Source of the DNA: Bacillota bacterium
GTDB lineage: Bacteria > Bacillota > Clostridia > Acetivibrionales > JANLFN01
Reading direction: 5' to 3'
Length of the DNA stretch: 32,000 bases
NCBI GenBank assembly: GCA_023421675.1
Contig: JAEZTC010000009.1
Span: 17,719-49,718 of the forward strand
Of the stretch, positions 24,594 through 32,000 are shown piece after piece; the first letter of the stretch is position 1; the number at the start of each line of letters is the position of its first letter. The translations under genes and the position numbers were made by a program. The notes beneath the pieces are model-generated. The model was not told where the DNA came from. It was given only the letters and a program-made list of their open reading frames with translations, and did not search any database.

Positions 24594-26408
24594 TTATTTC
24601 GCAAATATTTCTTCGAATTCCGAACCTTCCAGCTTTTCTTTTTCAAGCAGTGCATTTGCCAGGTTGTGAAGCTTATCCATGTTTTCCTTCAATATGCTTA
24701 CAGTTCTTTCATATGCACTGGATATGATTGTTTTTACTTCCTTGTCAATTTCAGCAGCAACTTCTTCACTGTAATTTCTTGTATGTCCGAAGTCACGGCC
24801 AATGAACACTTCATCACTATCTCCGCCGAAAATGAGATTCTCAAGCGTTTCACTCATACCATACTTTGTAACCATATTCCTTGCAACATTGTTGGCATGT
24901 TTCAAGTCACTGTATGCACCGGTGCTTATTTCACCAAGAACCAATTCTTCTGCAGCTCTTCCTCCAAGTGCAATTACTATGGTTTCTACCAGCTGAGACT
25001 TGGTCTGATAGCTCTTATCCTCTTCAGGCCTGAAGGATGTATATCCCCCTGCCATACCAGATGGAATTATTGAAATTCTGTCTACCTTGTCGGTGGAGGA
25101 TGCAATCTTTACTGCAATTGCATGCCCTGCCTCGTGGTATGCAGTAAGCTTCTTCTCTTTCTCGTTCATTACCCTGCTCTTCTTTTCAGGTCCCATAACA
25201 ACCTTAAATGTAGCTTCTTTTACTTCTTCCATGCTAATTCGCTTCTTGTCTTTTCTTGCAGCAAGGAGAGCAGCTTCATTAAGGAGATTTTCAAGATCGG
25301 CACCTGTAAATCCAGATGTACTCTTTGCAAGCTCATCAAGCTTTACATCTGAACCAAGAGGCTTGCCTCTTGCATGAACTTTAAGAATTTCTTCTCTTCC
25401 CTTTATATCAGGTAAGCCGACTACTACACGCCTGTCAAATCTTCCCGGCCTCAACAGCGCCGGGTCAAGTATGTCAGGTCTATTAGTAGCAGCAAGTATT
25501 ATGACTCCTTCATTTACACCAAAACCATCCATTTCAACAAGCAGCTGATTAAGTGTCTGTTCACGCTCATCATGCCCGCCGCCAAGTCCGGCACCTCTGT
25601 GCCTTCCGACAGCATCAATTTCATCTATGAAAACTATACATGGTGAATTTTTCTTAGCCTGGTCAAATAAGTCTCTTACCCTTGATGCACCAACACCGAC
25701 AAACATTTCTACGAAGTCGGAACCGCTTATACTGAAGAACGGAACTCCCGCTTCACCTGAAACGGCCTTGGCAAGAAGAGTTTTACCAGTACCGGGAGGT
25801 CCTACAAGTAACACTCCCTTAGGTATTCTTGCACCCAACTCAACGAATTTTTTAGGTGATTTCAGGAAATCAACAATTTCCTTGAGCTCTTCCTTCTCTT
25901 CATCCGCGCCTGCGACATCATCGAAGGTTATTTTCCGTTTGTCATCAATAGTCATCTTCGCTCTGCTTTTTCCGAAGGACATTACCCTGTTTCCTCCGCC
26001 GCCCTGCGACTGCTGGAGGAAGAATACCCAGAACAATATGAATATTACTATAAGTCCCACTGTTGGCAGGATAGCTACCCACCATGGAGCTGTCGGAGGC
26101 GGTTGATTCCTGAAAGTTATTATGTTCTTATTATTTATGGCAGGTGTTATAACTTCCCCCATAAAATTACCAACGTCAGGAACATATACTATATATTTTG
26201 GTTTCTCAGAAGTTCCTGAAACCATTTGTACAGTAGCCTTGTTACCCTCAAGAACTATCGTATCAACCTTGTTTGGAGTCTGAACATCCTTCACGAGGTC
26301 TGAATAATTCATTTCCGCAGGATTGTCAGAACCCTGTAAGATTGTAAGAACAGCCAATATTATGACAAAAAGCACGATATAAAAACTTATACCTTTTAAA
26401 TATTTCAA
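24594..26408 (-). CDS. ftsH: ATP-dependent zinc metalloprotease FtsH
   Basis: Two N-terminal TM helices, the AAA Walker [14 protein letters not shown], Walker B VFIDEIDA, the [11 protein letters not shown], and the zinc site HEAGHA. TTG start 6 nt after AAGGAGGG. Confidence 0.97.
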   Translation of the reverse strand: MKYLKGISFYIVLFVIILAVLTILQGSDNPAEMNYSDLVKDVQTPNKVDTIVLEGNKATVQMVSGTSEKPKYIVYVPDVGNFMGEVITPAINNKNIITFRNQPPPTAPWWVAILPTVGLIVIFILFWVFFLQQSQGGGGNRVMSFGKSRAKMTIDDKRKITFDDVAGADEEKEELKEIVDFLKSPKKFVELGARIPKGVLLVGPPGTGKTLLAKAVSGEAGVPFFSISGSDFVEMFVGVGASRVRDLFDQAKKNSPCIVFIDEIDAVGRHRGAGLGGGHDEREQTLNQLLVEMDGFGVNEGVIILAATNRPDILDPALLRPGRFDRRVVVGLPDIKGREEILKVHARGKPLGSDVKLDELAKSTSGFTGADLENLLNEAALLAARKDKKRISMEEVKEATFKVVMGPEKKSRVMNEKEKKLTAYHEAGHAIAVKIASSTDKVDRISIIPSGMAGGYTSFRPEEDKSYQTKSQLVETIVIALGGRAAEELVLGEISTGAYSDLKHANNVARNMVTKYGMSETLENLIFGGDSDEVFIGRDFGHTRNYSEEVAAEIDKEVKTIISSAYERTVSILKENMDKLHNLANALLEKEKLEGSEFEEIFAK

Positions 26409-26630
26409 TCAGTTCCCTCCTTATACGGTATTGCAACGTACAGGTTTAATATTTATAAGTAATAAATTAGGTATTTTACCAATTGTACAATATATTATAT
26501 TAGCATAACAGAACTGAAAACACAATAAAATCTAATTGCTGCAACACTTCAGACCATACTGTATTATTATTCTGTTCAATGCCGGTTTAAAACCTTATGT
26601 CCGCTGCACAACCTAAAAAAATAAGCAGGC

Positions 26631-27170
26631 CTAATCCATGTAGACCTTAGGGCTTAAAGTACATACATCAGGCAAATTACGATATTTCCCTGCATAGTCA
26701 AGACCATAGCCTATGACAAATTTATCAGGTATTTCAATTCCTTCATAATCAATATCTATCTGCACCTTGCGTCTTGACGGCTTGTCAAGAGCTGTAGCAA
26801 TTTTAACACTTAAAGGTCCTCTTGTATTAAAAAGTTCCTTTAGGTGTTTTAGTGTAAGACCTGTATCCACCAGGTCCTCTACTATTAAAACATGCTTGTT
26901 GGTTATATTAATATCAATATCTTTAATAAGTCTTACAACGCCTGAAGTCTTTGTAGAATTTCCATAGCTGGAAACAGATATGAAATCCATATCAACAGGA
27001 ATTGTTATTTCCCTCATAAGATCGGAAAGGAAAACAAATCCACCTTTCAAAACTCCTACAAGTACAAGTTCCTTGCCTTTATAGTCCTCTGAAATGCGCC
27101 TTCCCAGATTTTTAACCATATTGCTTATTTCTTCACGTGAAACCAGTATTTCTTCGATATCCCCTTGCAT
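26631..27170 (-). CDS. hpt: Hypoxanthine phosphoribosyltransferase
   Basis: The PRPP loop is VLIVEDLVDTGLTL; also KFVIGYGLDY. The ATG at 27170 lies 7 nt after GGAGGT, so the track's longer start is rejected. Confidence 0.93.
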   Translation of the reverse strand: MQGDIEEILVSREEISNMVKNLGRRISEDYKGKELVLVGVLKGGFVFLSDLMREITIPVDMDFISVSSYGNSTKTSGVVRLIKDIDINITNKHVLIVEDLVDTGLTLKHLKELFNTRGPLSVKIATALDKPSRRKVQIDIDYEGIEIPDKFVIGYGLDYAGKYRNLPDVCTLSPKVYMD

Positions 27171-27239
27171 CAAAAATACCTCCAGATAAATTATATTTAA
27201 CAAGCGTAAATCTATATATTTTTTTATTATAGCCTAGTA

Positions 27240-28640
27240 TTAATTTTTATTAAAACTAATTTTTAATACACATTTAGTATTTTCAGTTACTTTAAATTTA
27301 TCACTAGTTCTATGTCCAACTATCCATATAATCTCATTATTTTTTGCTATTAAAGGAATATTATCTCTTAATTCTCTGGGGATTTTTTTATCTATAAAAT
27401 ATTCCTTAAGTTTTTTAGACCCATTTGAGCCAAACGGTTTAAAAACATCTCCATTTCTTCTGTTTCTAATATATATGCCCGAAATAATCGTGTCGAAATC
27501 AAAATAATGTACATTTGAGTTTTGCGAAACACCGGTATAATCTTCAAAACTTTTAACTTCTTTTATAATATCGGTCTCTATTATATAACCATTATTCAAA
27601 AATTCTGTTCGTCCGGGTATAACCAGAGGCTTTTCAAAATCCGTCACAGCTTCCTCTGTTTCAGGCTTATACAGATTGAGAGATCCATATGAAAGTCTAA
27701 CACATATACCACCTGGAATAGTAATTTGTTTTCCGGTTACCCCTGTTTGAATAATACTTTGAATACCTTCCAAATGTACTGTTTCAATCCCTTTAAGGTC
27801 ACCCCGCAGCTCATTGATTGCAATTCTTAATACTCTTTTTGCAATTGAAGGGTGGCTTGTACGGATTTTATCGGCATCCAATGCTAAAAAATTACTCTCT
27901 CTTTTTTGAATACAATTATTATATACTTTAAAAGCGTTGTCTTCAATAAAATCGGAGTCTTCTCCAACTATCAATGCCATCCTGCAGAGGCTTTCTATGA
28001 TATCTCTGTCAAAAAGCTTGCTAATTGAAGGAATAAGCTCCAGTCTGACCTTGTTTCTTGTATAAATACTTTTAAGGTTGGAGCTGTCTGTTCTTGGTTT
28101 TAGTAAATGTGATGAACAATAATCCTCTATTTCTTCACGCCTGATATCCAAAAGCGGCCTAATTATGCTGCCTCTTTTGAGTTTCATCCCTTTTAAGCCA
28201 CTAAGGCCTGTTCCGCGGACAATATGCATTAAAATTGTTTCAGCCTGATCGTTTTTATTATGGGCAACTGCAATAACTCCGTTCCCAAGCCCTTTAAGAA
28301 TATTCCAGAGCTCCTCATATCTTGCTTCACGACCGGCCTCTTCCAATGATATTCCTTTATTCTTTGCAAGAGCCCTGATGTCTATATTTTTAACAGTTAG
28401 AGGTATATTAAACTTTTCGCACAATCCGGTTACATATTCCTGGTCTTCATCGGCTTCTCTGCCCCGAAGCATATGATTAATGTGAACTGCATGAAGTTTT
28501 ATATCCAATTTTGGGGATAGGCTGCTTAGAATACTTAGAAGGCATACCGAATCAGGACCGCCGGAAATTCCGACGACAACGTTTTCACCTTCAAGCAATG
28601 CATGTTTCTGAATAGTTTCAAGAACCTTATCTTCAAGCAT
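27240..28640 (-). CDS. tilS: tRNA(Ile)-lysidine synthetase
   Basis: The PP-loop is VVGISGGPDSVCL; also HNKNDQAETILM and the C-terminal TilS domain. It forms the conserved tilS-hpt-ftsH order. Confidence 0.93.
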   Translation of the reverse strand: MLEDKVLETIQKHALLEGENVVVGISGGPDSVCLLSILSSLSPKLDIKLHAVHINHMLRGREADEDQEYVTGLCEKFNIPLTVKNIDIRALAKNKGISLEEAGREARYEELWNILKGLGNGVIAVAHNKNDQAETILMHIVRGTGLSGLKGMKLKRGSIIRPLLDIRREEIEDYCSSHLLKPRTDSSNLKSIYTRNKVRLELIPSISKLFDRDIIESLCRMALIVGEDSDFIEDNAFKVYNNCIQKRESNFLALDADKIRTSHPSIAKRVLRIAINELRGDLKGIETVHLEGIQSIIQTGVTGKQITIPGGICVRLSYGSLNLYKPETEEAVTDFEKPLVIPGRTEFLNNGYIIETDIIKEVKSFEDYTGVSQNSNVHYFDFDTIISGIYIRNRRNGDVFKPFGSNGSKKLKEYFIDKKIPRELRDNIPLIAKNNEIIWIVGHRTSDKFKVTENTKCVLKISFNKN

Positions 28641-28681
28641 ATATCCAACCTAACCACATTATTCTATCAAACTACTTAATC

Positions 28682-30013
28682 TTAGTCCCTCTTCAAATTA
28701 CAAAACTTAGTATACTCTCCAAACCACCTTAATTCAACAGTTCCTGTGGAACCATTCCTGTGCTTGGATACAATTACTTCGGCAACGTTTTGCTTTTCCG
28801 AATCCTCATTATAGTAATCATCCCTGTAAAGGAACATAACAATGTCGGCATCCTGCTCTATTGCCCCAGACTCTCTCAAATCGCTCATGATAGGCCTGTG
28901 ATCCGTTCTTTGTTCAGGAGCACGGCTAAGCTGCGACAGGGCTATTACAGGTATATTTATTTCCTTTGCGAGTATCTTTAAGGAACGTGATATCTCTGAA
29001 ATTTCCTGCTGCCTGTTTTCTGTCTTTCCACGTCCCTGCATCAACTGCAGGTAATCTATTACAACAAGCCCCAAGCCTTTTTCAAGCTTAAGTCTTCTGC
29101 ACTTTGCCCTTATTTCCATTACTGATGCGCCTGGAGTATCATCAATAAATACAGGAGCTTCTGATAACGGCCCGGTAGCTCTTGCAAGCTTTTGCCAGTC
29201 CTCATCATCAAGTCTTCCTGTCCTTATCTTCTGGCTGTCCACCATTGCTTCACTGCAAAGCATTCTGCTGACTAGCTGCTCCTTGGACATTTCAAGGCTG
29301 AAAATAGCAACAGGAACCTTTTTAACTACAGCAGCATACTGTGCAATGTTTAAAGCAAATGCTGTTTTACCCATAGCAGGCCTTGCTGCTATAAGTACAA
29401 GGTCTGAACCCTGGAAACCGGCAGTTTTATGATCAAGGTCGGTAAATCCTGACGGAACACCGGTAATAAAGCTTTTACTGTTATATAATTCTTCCAATCT
29501 GTTGTATGTATCAAGAAGGGCATCCTTAATAGGTATAAAGCCCTGTGTACTTCGTTTCTGAAGAATATCAAAAATACTTTTTTCAGCTCTGTCCAGAACC
29601 ACTGCCGCTTCTTCTGATGCCTCATAGCCCATATCAACAATTTCAGACGAAGCCCTTATTAATTTCCTTAAAAGAGATTTTTCCTCAACTATTTTTGCAT
29701 AATGACGTGAGTTTGCAGTAGTAGGAACAGAGGTAGCCACATTTGTAAGGTAGTCAAGTCCGCCTACAGATTCAAGGGTGCCTCTCTGCTTTAGCATATC
29801 AGATACTGTTATAAGATCAATAGCATTCCCTTTATCAAACAGGTCCATTATTACATCATAGATTTCCCTGTGGTCTTCCCTGTAAAAGTCTTCACTTTTA
29901 AGTATCTCCGCTATATTAGGTATAGCATCCTTGTCAAGAAGCATGGAACCGATGACAGATTGTTCTGCTTCGATATTCTGGGGCGGTATCCTGCCTATAG
30001 CACTGATATCCAT
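28682..30013 (-). CDS. dnaB: Replicative DNA helicase (DnaB family)
   Basis: PPQNIEAEQSVIGSMLLD N-terminus, Walker A AARPAMGKTAFALN, VIDYLQLM, and LSQLSRAPEQR. Confidence 0.96.
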   Translation of the reverse strand: MDISAIGRIPPQNIEAEQSVIGSMLLDKDAIPNIAEILKSEDFYREDHREIYDVIMDLFDKGNAIDLITVSDMLKQRGTLESVGGLDYLTNVATSVPTTANSRHYAKIVEEKSLLRKLIRASSEIVDMGYEASEEAAVVLDRAEKSIFDILQKRSTQGFIPIKDALLDTYNRLEELYNSKSFITGVPSGFTDLDHKTAGFQGSDLVLIAARPAMGKTAFALNIAQYAAVVKKVPVAIFSLEMSKEQLVSRMLCSEAMVDSQKIRTGRLDDEDWQKLARATGPLSEAPVFIDDTPGASVMEIRAKCRRLKLEKGLGLVVIDYLQLMQGRGKTENRQQEISEISRSLKILAKEINIPVIALSQLSRAPEQRTDHRPIMSDLRESGAIEQDADIVMFLYRDDYYNEDSEKQNVAEVIVSKHRNGSTGTVELRWFGEYTKFCNLKRD

Positions 30014-30026
30014 GACTTATTTCTCC

Positions 30027-30473
30027 CTATTCCTGAACTATTTTTACAGTCATGCTTGAGCTTACTTCAGGATACAGCTTTATTTCAACGTTATATGTTC
30101 CCAGAGTCTTTATTGAATCGGGAAGCGAAACCTTTTTCTTGTCTATATCTATACCATGGGCACTTTTAAGCTTATCAGCAATATCTTTGTTTGTTATGGA
30201 TCCAAAAAGCTTTCCGTTTTCACCTGACTTGGTTTTTATTTCGAGTGTTATTTCTTTTATTTTTTTAGCCAATTCTTTAGCATTGGCAAGCTCTTTATCT
30301 TTTTTATGCTTTTCAGCTTCTTTTTTAGTGTTCATTATATTCACATTTGTCGAGGAAGCTTCAATAGCCAAGCCCTTTGGAAGCAGGTAATTTCTTGCAT
30401 AACCGTCACTTGCCTCAACCATGCTGTCTTTTTTGCCTAATCCTTTAACATCCTGTTTCAATATAACCTTCAT
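30027..30473 (-). CDS. rplI: 50S ribosomal protein L9
   Basis: MKVILKQDVKGLGKKDSMVEASDGYARNYLLPKGLA is the canonical L9 N-terminus. Length is 148 aa. Confidence 0.97.
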   Translation of the reverse strand: MKVILKQDVKGLGKKDSMVEASDGYARNYLLPKGLAIEASSTNVNIMNTKKEAEKHKKDKELANAKELAKKIKEITLEIKTKSGENGKLFGSITNKDIADKLKSAHGIDIDKKKVSLPDSIKTLGTYNVEIKLYPEVSSSMTVKIVQE

Positions 30474-30487
30474 ATTAACCTCCGTTT

Positions 30488-32000
30488 TTAGCCTTCAACC
30501 TTGTTGGTTTCGTTTATATATTCGATTATAGCATATTTTAATTTCTCTTTTGCATCAATAATAGAAATATCGACAAGCTTTGCGCCAGCACCTGTTAAAT
30601 GCCCGCCTCCGCCAAGTTTTTCAAGTATCATCTGCACATTAATATCTCCAAGCGACCTTCCGCTGATATAAATCTCATCGTTAACCTCACAAAGCACGAA
30701 TGCTGCAACAATACCCGAAAGTCCGAGAAATGCATCAGCAGACTGCGCTGCAATAAGCTGCGGAGTTTTTGTCGCAGGAGGACAAACTGATATTGCAATA
30801 CTTTCATTTATAATTTCACCGTTTTTAATTACATCTGAGACTGCAACATATGATTCAAGATCGTTCTGGAAAAGCTGTTTGACCGAGATAGTATCAACAC
30901 CCTGCCTTCGTAAGAAAGCAGCAGCCTCAAAGGTCCTTACACCTGTTTTAAATGAGAAATTCTTGGTGTCTACCACTATTCCGGCGTATAAAGCCTCTGA
31001 CTCTACCGGTGTAAGCTTGATTTTTTCTTCAACATACTGAAGCAGTTCTGTTACAAGCTCACTTGTAGATGAAGCATAGGTTTCCTGATAGGTCAGAGCA
31101 GCATCTTGTATGAAATCAGCTCCGCGCCTGTGATGATCTATTACTACAATCTGATCTGTATATTTAAGCAATTCAGGACATTCCGTAAAGCTAGGTCTGT
31201 GTGTATCCACAACAACAAGAAGAGTCTTTTTGCTTATTTTATCAAGTGCTTCCATTCTGTTAAGGAATATGCCTCCGTACTCTTCACATTTCTCAATTTT
31301 AGCTATCATTCCTTCTATAGTCGTATTGGATTTGTTAAGTACAATAAAAGCATTTTTCCCTCTGTTCCTGACTATCCGTGAAATACCCAAAGCCGAACCA
31401 AGTGAATCAATATCCGGATTTTCATGTCCCATAATCATAACTTCAGGCGACTGGTCAATGAGCTCTCTTATTGCATATGCAATAACCCTAGCCTTAACCC
31501 TGGTCCTTTTCTCAAGCTCTCTCGTTTTACCGCCAAAGAAGCTAAAATTGTCTCCGTTACGAATAACGACATGGTCACCGCCGCGGCCGAGTGCAATATC
31601 GATACAAGCAGTTGCAAACTTGAAGTTTTCAGTAAAGGTTTTACCGTTGGTACCAAAACCAATACTTAATGTTACAGGAATTTTGTTACCAGCATTGATT
31701 TCTTTAACTGTATCAAGAATTTCAAATTTCTTCTCTTCAAACTCTTTCAAGTATTTGTTTTCAAACAGAAAAAGATATCTTTCCCGTTCAAATTTTCTTA
31801 CAATACCTCCGGTATACTCCATCCACTGAAGTATCCTTCTGTCTATTTCAGCAAGCAGCTGCGGCCTTCCGCCGTCTTCAGTGCTTTGCATAATGTCATC
31901 ATAATTATCAATTACTAAAAGCCCGATAGCTGCCTTTTCATCCGCATATTTTTTCTTAACATCCACAAGTTCCGTGTTATCAATGAAATAAAGGATTGCC
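30488..32000 (-). CDS. gdpP: Cyclic-di-AMP phosphodiesterase GdpP (DHH/DHHA1), C-terminal about 500 codons; the 5' end lies beyond the window end
   Basis: A degenerate GGDEF-like region, DHH motifs (GHENPDIDSLGS, VVDTHRP, IDHHRR) and DHHA1 GGGGHLTGAG. The frame stays open upstream of the track's GTG to position 32000. It forms the conserved gdpP-rplI-dnaB order. Confidence 0.9.
   Translation of the reverse strand, partial: AILYFIDNTELVDVKKKYADEKAAIGLLVIDNYDDIMQSTEDGGRPQLLAEIDRRILQWMEYTGGIVRKFERERYLFLFENKYLKEFEEKKFEILDTVKEINAGNKIPVTLSIGFGTNGKTFTENFKFATACIDIALGRGGDHVVIRNGDNFSFFGGKTRELEKRTRVKARVIAYAIRELIDQSPEVMIMGHENPDIDSLGSALGISRIVRNRGKNAFIVLNKSNTTIEGMIAKIEKCEEYGGIFLNRMEALDKISKKTLLVVVDTHRPSFTECPELLKYTDQIVVIDHHRRGADFIQDAALTYQETYASSTSELVTELLQYVEEKIKLTPVESEALYAGIVVDTKNFSFKTGVRTFEAAAFLRRQGVDTISVKQLFQNDLESYVAVSDVIKNGEIINESIAISVCPPATKTPQLIAAQSADAFLGLSGIVAAFVLCEVNDEIYISGRSLGDINVQMILEKLGGGGHLTGAGAKLVDISIIDAKEKLKYAIIEYINETNKVEG

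Noticed and set aside
24559-24594. 8-bp inverted repeat ACAAAGTC/GACTTTGT immediately after the ftsH stop
   Set aside because: It has a 20-nt loop and no following T-run. The convincing terminator is the GGTTATAAGC hairpin at 24464-24485.
1-32000. Scan for CRISPR arrays, tandem repeats, rRNA and tRNA genes
   Set aside because: I noticed no regularly spaced direct repeats and no conserved rRNA or tRNA sequence blocks. Intergenic spaces are short and are accounted for by promoters, terminators, the riboswitch and the GC-rich element.

Overview
This is a low-GC, gene-dense chromosomal window of Firmicutes/Clostridia type, judged from AGGAGG-type ribosome-binding sites (RBS), gene content and gene order. 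I support 31 protein-coding genes, 2 of them cut by the window edges. No rRNA, tRNA, CRISPR array, transposase or integrase was seen.

The window falls into three blocks.

1. Positions 1-12.4 kb hold an accessory glycan locus. It encodes a partial GT4, an RmlB-like protein with substituted catalytic residues, a DxD protein, a nucleotide-sugar dehydrogenase, an epimerase, three paralogous divergent GT-B glycosyltransferases, a six-repeat Asp-box-like propeller protein with a coiled-coil tail, a GT2, a GT-D-like protein and a CgeB-like protein. I see no exporter, polymerase or priming transferase and no secretion signals. Four promoter-like sites fit the mother-cell sporulation sigma pattern AC-N17-CATA. 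My best reading is a spore-surface glycosylation island, which is a hypothesis.

2. Positions 12.5-18.3 kb hold an ECF sigma factor with a Cys-bearing C-terminal extension and a Cys-rich DUF3795 protein. They are followed by arsR-acr3-arsC with a trailing SDR gene, and immediately upstream by the mercury-methylation pair hgcA-hgcB.

3. Positions 18.5-32 kb are housekeeping genes: recD2-like helicase, HD-GYP phosphodiesterase, metK behind a SAM-I riboswitch, ftsH, hpt, tilS, dnaB, rplI and partial gdpP.

All functional calls rest on motif reading by eye. No database search was possible.
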